From Eledone cirrhosa (lineage: Eukaryota), in NCBI GenBank assembly GCA_964016885.1, contig OZ024748.1, positions 1,550,001-1,614,000 on the forward strand: a DNA stretch of 64,000 bases, in the 5' to 3' direction. How positions within the stretch are numbered: the stretch's first letter is position 1; each line of letters begins with the position of its first letter. The position numbers were made by a program, and so were the translations under genes. The notes beneath the pieces are model-generated. The model was given only the letters and a program-made list of their open reading frames with translations, did not search any database and was not told the origin of the DNA. Positions 52,069-64,000 of the stretch are shown here, piece by piece.

Positions 52069-52848
52069 AATGAACCAGTCATTATCTCCTTATCATTTCT
52101 AGTAATTTAGGAAGATTTAGATATTTTAATATCAGTGTTTTAGTCAAACATCCAAAAGATTGAAACATTTAAATGAGAAAATCTGTCATGTTCACATTTT
52201 CTCTAATACTAATGCTAATCATACAGTGACTTGATTTAATCCACCCCAACTTTCCACCCTTCTCTGCTGTTTTTCTGATGTCATGGCTTAATCTTAAATA
52301 AATCTTCTTATGATATCTCTGTCTGTGGTGATACATTGCACAGCAAAATCTTCCAATCCATGCCACCATTGAAAAACAGATGTTCTCGCATGGCGGTGTT
52401 GTCGTTCATGTTGGTGTTATAGCTGAAAGGAGGTTTCAGTTTCTTAGACATTTTACCATGCCACCAACACTGTGGAAGTTATGTCTTTAACACAGCTAAA
52501 GAATCTTCCTGACCATTTGTTTGGCAGGTTTCCTACAGCTAGATGCCCTTCCTATTACCAACCACTTGACAGTATGGAATTGAGTGAACATTTATAGTGG
52601 AGATTGTCAATTCTAGAGTGGTTGTCATTGCTACAACACAGGTGTATTTCAATTAATGGAAAATTGAGAGGGATTTACTAAAATTATTATTTCATTATTA
52701 ATCTTCAGCATGCTGTGGGCAACAAAATGTCCCATATGAGTAATCTTTCCTTAATAGATATAAAAATGGCTTCTACAGGACTAGAACTGTTTCATTCATA
52801 TGAAAAACCCATGCTAGCATGGAAGATGGACATTAAACGATGATGATG

Positions 52849-52880
<32 letters not shown>

Positions 52881-52887
52881 ATATATA

Positions 52888-52924
<37 letters not shown>

Positions 52925-52926
<2 letters not shown>

Positions 52927-53730
52927 TTTGCGAAATGGGTGGTGGTTGAAATTCAGATGTGCACGGTTAAATGGTAGTAGACATGGTCGGATGGACATGA
53001 AAATTTACACACCTATGTAAAAAGTGCCAAGGAAGCAAATAGACGATAAATAACTTGAAAAATGTGGTCACTAGGGCCCCCAAACGGTCTATTTACTATT
53101 GCATTCAGTGAGTTATTTCCCCCTGTTCTAATACTTGGCTGAGTTATTTACAATTTCATACAAATTTTTAAACTCATCAACGTTCTTTCGCTGTTAACAT
53201 ACAGTACCAATAATTTGAAAAATATTATTGAAAGTTTATTATAAAGAAGCAGTTTCAGGAAAAAGTGTAAACTATCAGACAAACCTTCATAATATGCATT
53301 TTTAAACTTGCATATCATCGACATTGCTATTTCGCTGTTAATAAACTATCATCCTTCTACATTTAACGATCATACTGTACCGTTTTATGAAATCGATTCT
53401 GCAGTACGGTCACTGTTTTCCATCAAAAGAAATAAAACCCTTAAATTGTGAAGAAGGGACACGTTTTTATTTTAATTCTAATACATGTTAACCACCACTA
53501 ACAGTAAGTAGTATTTTTCAAATTGCATATCATCGACATTGCTATTTCGCTGTTAATAAACAACGCTTTTCACGTCGCTCCACTTCTCATTGTACGCCGT
53601 CCAGCCCCAAGTGCATATTTCTTTTTTTTTTTTCCTGAAACTGCTTCTTTATAATAAACTTTCAATAATATTTTTCAAATTATTAACTTAATAAAAAGTG
53701 GCCCCGGGTGCAACCGGGCTCAGCTGCTAG
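52925..53730 (+). mobile_element. non-autonomous Helitron (3' end clear, 5' end approximate)
   Basis: GC-rich hairpin CCCGG-gtgcaa-CCGGG followed by CTAG (53727-53730) then T; begins in a (TA)n tract. Confidence 0.75.
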
Positions 53731-54240
53731 TATATAATATTTGATACCATTTTTGGTAAATAATTTTCATCATTTCACTATTATGATCATTGTTGATGCC
53801 TTCATCTATTTACCTATCTGTCTGTCTGCTGTCCAGCTATCTACCTGTCCATCTGTCTGTACACCTATCTGCCTCTCTGCCTACTCCTCTGCTTACCTGT
53901 CTGTCTACCTCTCTACCTACCTGTCTATTTATTTCTCCAGTTCTCTGCCTATCATACTCCAACACTATCAACTGTTGCACCATCATACTATCTTCCTTTT
54001 CTTCTCTACCCATCATCATCATCAATGGGATCGTGGTAACCATCACCATGCATCACCTACAAGTCATCACCACCATCAATCATTTACCTTGTATAACAGA
54101 CTCACCCCAACTTTGGACACACTAAGGGAAAGAATTTGCTTTGTCCTTGGAGCACACCTTTTCTCTGGATGATATATATTGTGTCCTTTTATAGGATACA
54201 TTAATCTGTCACATTGCATGTCAAAATTTGGGGTGCAACC

Positions 54241-54596
54241 CAGTAGCATAGATAGAGGGGGATGAGGGGAACAGTGCACCCTGGGCGACACTATTGGGTC
54301 TGCTGTAGGCTATAAGCATTCTTTTAATGTTACAGCATAATATTATAATTGTACACAGACTAGTTAATATACAGGGTGTCCCCCAAAAATGCATACACAC
54401 TTCGATTAGCTGTACCGGCAATATTTATTAGAATGTTGTTGAAGTGTGTATACATGTTTTTGGGACACCCTGTATATATAACTTCAAGAGTTGTATATAT
54501 ATATATATTAAGAGCTTTATGTATTTTTTGTGAGGGCCTGGGGACGGCAAACTGAAGGGCTGCCCCCGGGTGGCACACACTCTAGCTACATCACTA
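54241..54596. mobile_element. hAT MITE (CAGTGGCGTAGCTAG-type TIR)
   Basis: CAGTAGCATAGATAGAG / CTCTAGCTACATCACTA; TSD GTGCAACC vs GCGCAACC (7/8). Confidence 0.8.
54372..54472. mobile_element. 101-bp Tc1/mariner MITE nested in the hAT MITE
   Basis: TA-CAGGGTGTCCC..ATACACACTTC / GAAGTGTGTAT..GGGACACCCTG-TA. Confidence 0.88.
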
Positions 54597-55232
54597 GCGC
54601 AACCCTCCAAATATTTAAGAATATTCTAGAAGCTTTCAGTTGCATGACAGCAAATTATAAAGCCAGATGAAAGTGTAAGCTAGTGAGAAAACTTCAAAAT
54701 TTCTTCCTGAATCTATACTTCTTAGCTTCATAACTTTACAAGGTCTTCCTGCTAACTATTTCTCACATAATGAATTATTTTCAAGACACGAATATTTGCA
54801 TGTCATTTCGATACAAGATGATTATAATTTCACAGGGTATTTATCGTTTAGCTTAGCATTCATTAATACTTCTGCTCCCCCCTCCCCTGTGTCACATTAA
54901 GCTATTTTCTTTGTAATTATTGCTGGATTATTTGCATCTGTTAGTCTACATAGTTAACATAATATTATTCTGTTAACCTTATGTAGAGTAGATGCAGAGA
55001 TATATATTTGTAGGCAGTTTTCTTTCCTTGTCATTTAATAAGCTGAGTTTTTGGCTTTTTTTCATTTTTCTTTCCCAAATTTACACTGTGGAGGCACGTG
55101 GCCTTCTGGTAAGGGTGTTGGACTTATCATCATAATGACATTAGTAAAGGAATCTCATTAAAACTACTCTACAGGGCAGAAACATGATACATGTGGTCTT
55201 AGGAAGTTGTTTAACACTAGGTCAGCCATGTT

Positions 55233-55520
55233 GGAGACACATGGCCTAGTTATAAGGATGATGGACATATATAATCATAATGTCGTGGGTTTGATTCTTG
55301 GCCTGGGTTGTGTGTTGTGTTCTTGAGCAAAACTCTATATTCCATGTTGCTCCAGTATACTCAGCTGAAAATGAGTACCAGCAACAATAGTTGGGGATTT
55401 AACCCTGTGATGGACTGGTATCCTATCCAGGGGACGTCTTGTATTTTCAGTCACTTAACACGATGGAAACTAGGATAAGCACCGCAATGATGAACCTCCT
55501 GGCTTGGAAATTTACACTAC
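55233..55520 (+). mobile_element. tRNA + CORE-like SINE with a fourth tail type
   Basis: Tail ccctgtgatggactggtatcctatccagggg..ggaaactaggataagc; inverted copy at about 57285-57710. Confidence 0.75.
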
Positions 55521-57420
55521 AACCTCTATATATTAAACAAAACCTCTATGTTAGGGATGTGGGATCACTCACTCGTGAGTGCAATTAGACTTGAAATCAA
55601 ATAACCTCTAATTACTATATCAGAGAAACAGTTTAAGCTTTAAAACCCCAAACAAGTAATTTAATACAACTTGCTTTCAACACCCCATAAGGGTATGTAT
55701 TTAAAGCATTGTAATTGATTTGGTTAATCAAGGCATTTTAATGAAATATATTTTAATTGATATGTGACGATGTATATACATATGAATTAAATTAACCCTT
55801 TAGATACCAAAGCACATGAAACTAGCCCTGGTTCTACAATACAAAACTATTTATTTTTAAGTGTTTATATTTATTGAAAAGCTTCCCACCATAATTTTAT
55901 ATGAGAACCTTTAAGTTATATTCCAAACACCAGCTAAATAATGAGAAAGTTATATTGCTAAATCCTTCCAAATTCTTGGTTATTTTAAAAATTATTCGAA
56001 AACAGGCAGCATCTTTCATTAGAAATATAATAATCGTAGGGTCGACCCAAACAGTAATTTAATACAATTTGCTTTCAACATTTCACTAGGGTATTTGAAA
56101 ATATTGTAATTTATCTTGTTAATTATTGCTTTATAATTAAATACACATGACCATGACCTCTGGCGTCACGCAGTAATACAGAGTACCCGACATCCCATGG
56201 GGACAAGCTGAAGCATATAGACAATATGCCCCCACACCCTCCCACTGCAAAGTGGTCGTGGAGGTGCCACGGCAAAAAAGCACCCAGCCCGCACTGTAAA
56301 GTGGACGTGTAGGCGCCACGGAAAAAAAGCACCCAGCACTCACTGTAAATGAGGTTGGTGTTAGGAAGGGCATCCAGCTGTAGAAATCAAGCCAAAATCA
56401 GTTCCTGTATGAGCAAGGCATGGTCAGCTGACCAGACACTGCCCACAACAGGACAACCCGTCTAACCCATGCTAGCATGGAAAAACGGACGTAAAACGGT
56501 GATGATGATGATGATTTCAAATAATGTTGCCATGTGTGATGATGTTGATATATATGAATTTATAAATTTGTTAAAGTTGAAGATCCATTATTTTTCTCAG
56601 TGCAGATGTACTCATATGTGTTCTGATGCACTAACAAATTATTCACCTTCCATACATTAAAAAGAATTCTCTATCCTTTACCCTCTATAGTTACTCAAGG
56701 TGTTAGGCATAGTAGCGAAATATCCCTCAAATGACATCCCCCACTGATTTATTTTTTTTTTATGATACACTATAATCACCATATGTGGTTTTCCAAGACT
56801 AAATAAATTTGACGTCTTACAATTTCCATATTTTGCTCTAGTTTTTATGGTTGTATGCCCTTCCTAATGCCAACCACTTTACAGAGTTGATTGGGTGCAT
56901 TTTTATCATGGTACCAATACTGTGAATTTACAGAGTGTACTGGGTGCATTTTATTGTGGTACCAACACTACCACTGGGCTACCAGCACTACCAATTTACA
57001 GGATGTATTGGATACATTATTATATGGTACCACTTTAAAGAGTGTACTGGATGTATTTTATCATGGCACCAACACTAGAGAGGTTGTCATGTTCTCTGCA
57101 AGACTGAAGGGTCTTCTCTATCCTATATTGTCAAGTTAAATTCTGTTTGTCTCCATGTCTAAAAGAAAAAAAAAAGAAACAAAGAAAAACAGCAACAAAA
57201 CAAACAATAATGGGATTGTCATAGCAAGAATGATTTTGATCATATGCCTGCTTGAGCAGAGCTATCTAAAGTCTGTCCCAGGCCAGGAGGCTTATCCCAG
57301 TTTTCATAGTGTTAAGTGACTGAGAGTACAAGACTCCCCCATTGACCAGGATGCCTGTCCATTATAGTGGGATGACCCCCAACTGTTGCTGGTACTCATT
57401 TTCAGCCGAGTATACTGGAA

Positions 57421-57588
57421 CAGTGGTCCCCAAAGTAGGTTCTACAAAGGAGTGTCTGGTATTCCATGAAAGAAAGGTTGAGGAGTATATTTATATTACG
57501 ACCATATACCATCATTAGACTTTGGGGTTCCCTCCAAAGTTTCTGAACCAAAAAGTGTTCTGCGTTTGAAAAGGATTGGGAAACCCTG
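57421..57588. mobile_element. Charlie-like hAT MITE nested in a CORE SINE
   Basis: CAGTGGTCCCCAA / TTGGGAAACCCTG; TSD TACTGGAA vs TACTGGAG. Splits the CORE box of 57285-57710. Confidence 0.8.
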
Positions 57589-57962
57589 TACTGGAGCAAT
57601 GTGAAATGAAGTGTTTTGCTCAACAACACAACACACAACCCAGTTCAGGAACTGAACCCAATACATTATGATCATATGTCCAACACCATTGCAACTAGGC
57701 CACATGCCGCCAGCATGGCTGACCTAGGGTTAAATAATTTGCTAAGATCACATATATCATGTTTCTGCCATGTAGGGGAGTAGTTTTAATGAGATTCCTT
57801 TACTAATAACTTGTTAATTAGTTGCTCTGTTAATTGTCTTGTCAGATCTCTCTAGCTCTCTTTCTTTCTGTCTAGCTCTCTCACTTTCTCTCTAACTCTC
57901 TCTTTCTCTTTTGTCATCTTCACCTGTAGTCATAAGTAACTTAAACAAGTCAACTATATAAG

Positions 57963-58885
57963 GTGGGTGGTGGTAGTGCTGGTGGTGGTGGTGTTGGTGG
58001 TGGTAGTAGTGGTGGTAGATGATAGTTGTGGATGATGGTGGTGATAGTGGTGGTGGTTGTAGTAGTGGTGGTTGTTGTGGTGGTGGTGGTGGTAGTGGTG
58101 GTGGTTGTGGTGTTGGTGGTGGTAGATGATAGTTGTGGATGATGGTGGTGATGGTTGTGGTGGTAGTGGTGGTGGTTGTGGTGTTGGTGGTGGTGTTGGT
58201 TGTGGTGGTTGTGGTGTTGGTGTTGGTTGTGGTGTTGGTGGTGGTGTTGGTGGTGGTAGATGATAGTTGTGGATGATGGTGGTGATAGTGGTGATGGTTG
58301 TGGTGGTCATGACAATGATGGTGATGAGATAAATCAATTGGTCAGAGGCAGGTAGGTAGGTATATAGGTAGGTGGGTAGGTATGTGTTGTGGGTGGGTGG
58401 TTGGGTAGCCAGGCAGGTTTGAACATGTTTGGCACCAGACAAAGGCTTGGAAACTTATAATAAAAGAAAAAAAGCAACAACTCAAACAACATAAACAACA
58501 ACAATAAAACATTCCACCTGAAGAAGACCACCAGGACAGATGGTTTAAAACTGTCAATTGTCCTTATGGGTGGGGGAGGGAATCACCCCTCTCCTCCTCC
58601 TCCTCCTCCACCCCAAGAATTCCTGCAGGACAATGTGGTGGTTTATTTCCATTGACATTTCACTTCTGTCAAATAAACCTTCTTGTGGTAAAATGTTTAG
58701 TTTATGTAATTGTTGATAAGTATCATCATCATCACCACAATCATCACCACCACCACCACCACCACCACCATCACCATCACCACCACAATCACCATCACCA
58801 CCACCACCACCACCACCGCCACCATCACCACCATCATCACCACCACAATCACCATCACCACCACCACAATCACCACAACCACCAA
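57963..58885. repeat. (GGT)n tract 57963-58325 and (CCA)n tract 58722-58885
   Basis: Direct reading of the sequence. Confidence 0.9.
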
Positions 58886-60195
58886 ACTCCATTTCTTTTG
58901 AAAAAAGGTTTCTAACCTTGAAATATCATGAAATGTAAGGTAAAAGTTGAAACTATTGTTTTGTTTCTCATACTTTACTTTTCTTTAGTTTCTACTCATG
59001 TATTTCCAACTTGCACTGTAGTGGCATTCTCGTAATAATCTTAACCACATATCTTTATCAACTATATTGTAAGTTTATTGTCATAAAATCAGTACTCTGC
59101 TCATAAAATTGTTCTGGAATATTGTTGTGTTGTTTTTATAGAACACTAAATCTAAAGCACCTCAATTTACCTCTGGCTTAATATAATTGGTAGCTGATAT
59201 GTTAATGATATTGTCTGATTTAATATGATATGGAAAGCTTTAGAGAAACCATTCTCTCTAAGTCAAGATAGATTTACTTAACTGACAATAATGAGTCCGA
59301 GACCAATAGATATGACTTATTAGATTTATTTATTCAACACCATCAAACAAGGGCTGAATATTAGTAATTGAGACCTCTGCCGGGGTCATGGAAGATATTT
59401 ATATTCACATTTATTCATTTTAAGATTGGCGCAGTTCCAGGCTTTAGCATATGTCCGTTATGGAATGTGGAACTGTCAGTTTCGACAATGAGTGTTCCAT
59501 TTGTTTGATTAATAGAACTGCCTGCTCAATGAAATTAATATGTAAGTGACTGAGCATTCCACAGATATGTCTATTCTTAATATCTATTAGTCTCAGAGAG
59601 ATTCAACATAACATAATGGGTGATAAGGCTGGCTCTTTGCATTAATTGTATCACATATTTATATATGATACCAACATTGAACTGGTATTGTACCGAAAGT
59701 TTAATTGGTATTGTACCATGAAGCTGACTGGATAATACCACATTGGTGACAAAAGGAGGACCCTTCAGTTCATGTCAAAGACATGACAACCTTCTTAGCG
59801 ATGGTGATTTACACTATAAATGCACCCAGTACACTCTGTAAAGTTGTTAGTAATATGAAGGGCATCCAACTGTAGAAAACTTGCTAAACAAAGAGTTGGG
59901 AAGACCCTCAGTTGTGTCAAAGACATGACAACCCCTCCTGTACACTGGTGGAACATGAGGCTGTACATAAGCGAGACACAGCTCCCTGCACTTCTTAGAG
60001 TATGCTAAAGTATTTTTTTTTTTGTAAGGAAGATGTAGGTCTCTAGCCTACCTGAGCACCTGGTACAGTGTGACAATATAAGTGAGAGAGATATAAGTTG
60101 GTGGCCCATTTGAGACCTCAGTAGCTCTGCTTGAATACTGACTCAGTCTGTGGCAGCCTGTCCAAACCCTTACTAGCAGAGAAAACGAACATTAA

Positions 60196-60405
60196 CCCTT
60201 TTTCTAATGAAACACACTCTATTTTAACTAATTAATGAAGTATTTTGAAGCAATTACTAAAATTATTAATTATTTCATTACTAAAATAGTAACTTAATGT
60301 AGGGTTTTTATATAAAATTATGTTGGAAGATTTTTGTTTATATTGGCAACCTTTAATTGGGTGGTTTTATTTCATAGAACCAGAGCTGGGTTAGTAACAA
60401 AGGGG
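60196..60405. mobile_element. piggyBac-type MITE family 2 inserted in the TTAA of a retroposon tail
   Basis: ca-TTAA-CCCTTT...AAGGGG-TTAA-atgatga; removing it restores cattaaatgatga. Confidence 0.8.
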
Positions 60406-60567
60406 TTAAATGATGAAGAATTTGAACCACATAACTAACTGGTTTTACTCACTGGTAACATTACATTCAAAGGTGACTGGTATTGCTTCCCAGAGCTATC
60501 ATATATCTCACTCGAGAGGCAGAAACTGCTATTGCCCCACAAGCTGTAACTGTATGGTAGGTATAAT

Positions 60568-61165
60568 AATAATTGTTTCTACTTTTAGCACAAGGCCAGC
60601 AATTACGCAGTACATTACTGGTACTTTATTTTATCGACCCTGTAAGGATGAAAGGCAAAGTTAACCTCGACAGGATTTGAGCTGAGACCGTAAAATGACA
60701 TAACTATGCTAGAAAGCATGGCGTCTGACCCTCTACCGATACTCCCAATTCACCACCCTTAATATAATTGTTTCTATTTTTGGCACAAGGCCAGCAATTA
60801 TCCCAGTACATTACTGGTACTTTATTTTATCGACCCCGTAAGGATGAAAGGCGAAGTTAACCTCGGCGGGATTTGAACTCAGTATGGCAAGGGCCATAAC
60901 TCTATGTGTCATAGCATGGCGTCCAACCCTCTACCGATACTGCCAATTCACCGCCCTTAATATAATAATAGTTTCTTATATAAGCACAAAGCCAGCAATT
61001 TTGGGGGATGGGAAAGTTGATCAAATCGACCCCAGTGCTTTATTTTATCGATTCCGTAAGTATGAAAGCAAAGATAATCTCGGCGGGATTTGAACTCAGA
61101 ACATAAAGGGCCGTAACTCTATGCTGCAAAGCATGGTGTCCGACTCTACCGATACTGCCAATCCT
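60568..61165 (-). mobile_element. three full-length head-to-tail Meta-like SINEs
   Basis: Copies at about 60570-60760, 60765-60958 and 60968-61165, separated only by short AT-rich linkers. Confidence 0.92.
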
Positions 61166-61194
61166 AATAATAATAATAATGAAAATTATTGTGT

Positions 61195-61480
61195 AAAGTG
61201 CTCAGGTGCACTACAACTCCTCAAAGGTGTATATATAGTACATAGAATAATGTAGAAATGTCAGGAAAGTGAACAGCGTATGAGTCATGATATACACAGA
61301 TACATGTGTGTGTATGGAGGGGGAATATCAGGTTGAGTGTTGGCACATTTCGGGAAGTTTTGAAGGATGCAGTGTCCCGACAAAAAATACTTCCATGCTT
61401 CCTGAAATTCGCCAACACTACACCTGATATCCCCCCCCCCCCCCCATACACACATGCATGTATCAGTGTGTATATCATGT
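61195..61480. mobile_element. CR1/L2-like LINE 3' end (minus) with inverted partial copy
   Basis: CRDTASFKTS(MLPEIRQHYT*) terminus; arms about 61286-61358 and 61398-61479; another copy at 30093-30219. Confidence 0.55.
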
Positions 61481-62520
61481 GCTTAAGTTGACTGTTGGTG
61501 TCAGAGGTGATGTCATGTCAGTTCATGGTTTATATTGATTCTATTGTCATTTAGTTGTTCTAATCACAATATTATTAATCTGTAATGTTTCAATATTGTG
61601 TAATTGGCTATATCATTTGATTGGTTGCAGCCCAACACTTTAGTGAACAGTAATAAGATTAGGAGGCAGTGAAGTAGCCTGCGTGTGGTAGGCTGACGTG
61701 TTAGAAATAGCAACCAAATCACTCTCAAATTACACCCTGCCATCTTAAAAAAAAAGAAGAGAAAGTGCATTTGGTAATGTAGTCCTAGATAAACTATGTT
61801 TGAAAAAAGATTGGATGGTTATGGTCAGTCATAGATCATAAATTAATATTAGAGCCTTTATGTGGGATCTGACATGTTAGAAATAGCAACCTAATCACTC
61901 TCAAATCACACCCTACCATCTTTAAAAGAAAAGAGAAAAAAAGAAATAGTGGGATGCAGGGGTGAAGTCTAATGAGATGATGTTTTTGAAACCAAGAAAC
62001 AATCAGCAGAAGACTTTAACAGAATTAAGATTACATCCCACCCATCAGAGAAACTAGGAGGAAGAAATTTCCATAGGACGCAGATGTTTAAGGAAAGAAA
62101 CTATGAGAGTAGATAGACGGGTTACTCGATTAGCAAGCTTAAGTGGCCAAACAAGTAAATAAACTCACCTCTCTACCCCATCCACTTAGCCATTCTTAAT
62201 CTCTTTCATCCTCTCTATTGGTTTACTATTGTTGCTTCTATTTAGTAGACCTCTTCATCTAGACCGGCTTCTTTTGATTATTTATTTCTCATTAAACCGC
62301 TATCTAATTTCATTGTTATTTTTTTTTTCATTATATACCTATCTTTTGTTATTTGTCTCTTTCAGCTAATTAACTACGTGCTCTAATTATCTCTTTCAAT
62401 CTCTTGTAATTTGTCATAATTAAGTTCTTGTTATTCAATCTGTCTATTTAGTTAAATATCTTTTATCATCTAGACAAAACACTTTCTGCTAGTGTCTCAG
62501 GCAGGATATGTATACTTCCC

Positions 62521-62676
62521 TGGCATGGCTGAATAATTAAGAAGCTCGCTTTGCAACCACGAGGCCCTGGGTTCGATCCCACTGCATGGCATCTTGAGCA
62601 AGTGTTTTTACTATAGTCTTCTATCAACCCAAGTCTTGTGAATGAAATTGGGTAGACAGAAACTGTGGAAGCCTGA
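62521..62676 (+). mobile_element. tRNA-derived SINE of another family
   Basis: tggctgaataattaag A-box-like, gggttcgatccc B box, ttgagcaagtg..gtagacagaaactg body. Confidence 0.7.
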
Positions 62677-62866
62677 CAGAGGGACTAAACTGTACTGTAC
62701 TTGTTATCAAAGGTCTTGCTTGAGTATTGTAAATATCGTGTTATGTGAGTTTAGCTTAATGAATGATACATGTCTGGAATACTCAACCACGTACATTCAT
62801 AAGTTAGATGTAGAATTGATTAAACAAGTGTCTGCTCATCATTGAAACTGATGGAGGATCCATCCA

Positions 62867-62900
<34 letters not shown>

Positions 62901-63278
62901 ATCTCATGTATACATGTGTAGTTTACTTTAGCCTTCTTCAGCTCAGCATGATGTGAGCTTCTGAAAGAAATTTTGCAAGGAGGAACAAGACTTCTCACCA
63001 GTCTCTGGATGGCTGGAGAAGCGCCTCTCAAACATTAGGGATGTGTGTGTGTGCACTCAGTCACGGTTGTTGAAATATAAGATTATTGTGTTCTCTGATC
63101 AATTGACAAGATCCCAGACCTCACGATTTCGAATCCAACACTCTAACCACTAAGCCACACACCTTCGTGAGATTATAAATAACAACAAACATTTACTGAT
63201 GAAATGACTCACTTGTAAAGTCAAATTTATTGATCATATTAGATTGACTATATATGCATCATATATATATATACATCA

Positions 63279-63313
<35 letters not shown>

Positions 63314-64000
63314 TCATCATCACCATTTAACGTCATAAGGGTGCTGGATTGGCAGTATCGGTAGAGGGTCGGACGCCATGCTTTGCAGCACAGTTACATC
63401 CCTTTACGGACTGAGTTCAAATCCCACCGAGGTTAACTTTGCCTTTCATCCTTACGGGGTCGATAAAATAAAGTACCAGTAATACACTGGGATAATTGCT
63501 GGTTTTGTGCCAAAAGTAGAAACAATTATATATATATATATGATGTAACATCAGATTTCATTTTTCTTTGGTATTTCTAATAATTGATTACAGAATAATT
63601 AACAAGTCTAAATTAGAAATTATATTTGAATTACTCTAATTACAAATTAAACAGAAACCAGCCTGGAGAGGGTGGGGAGTGTGGATGCGATTTATTTTAA
63701 AAAAATTTTTTTTTTTTTTAATTTATTTTTTTTTTTTTATGTGTAAATGATTGTAATTGGAATGGTTGCTATTTCCGTGCTTTTTTCTTTGAAAACTTAT
63801 AAACTATAAAAATATAATAAACATGGTATAATGATAACCTTTCTTGTGCTGATCCATGATAAAATGCACTCAATACACTTTGTTAGTCACAGATACCAAA
63901 AATGGTAAAGTGGGTTCTTTGTCATGTCGAAGACTTGACGATGTCTCTAGTGCTGGTGCCATGATAAAATGTACCCAGTACACTCTGTTAGGTTAAGGAG

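Noticed and set aside
55483-55512. tgatgaacc..ggcttggaaa hammerhead-like string
   Set aside because: Part of a SINE tail hairpin; core and stems I/III are missing.

Overview
This is AT-rich, repeat-saturated eukaryotic intronic or intergenic DNA. The repeat set (tRNA-derived CORE- and Meta-like SINEs, RTE LINEs with (GAT)n tails, kilobase-long (TA)n/(CA)n/(CCA)n tracts) fits an octopod cephalopod genome; that assignment is inference from pattern recognition. No confidently identifiable host protein gene is present, and most ORFs in the track are microsatellite artefacts. The real coding remnants are retrotransposon fragments: at least four RTE lineages (one with a PHD finger inserted inside the RT domain) and a CRE-like restriction-like endonuclease end. 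Many nested non-autonomous DNA transposons are present (piggyBac TTAA, hAT 8-bp TSD, Tc1/mariner TA, one Helitron end). The most striking signal not explained by the ORF track is a set of 116-383 bp near-perfect fold-back palindromes in (TA)n tracts, carrying minimal type I hammerhead ribozyme motifs typical of Penelope-like element ends. In one of them the fold-back centre coincides with the predicted stem II loop of the ribozyme. Weak splice-signal evidence suggests a long minus-strand spliced transcript starting near a CpG-richer zone at about 43-44 kb. All coordinates were read by eye; no searches or folding programs were run.
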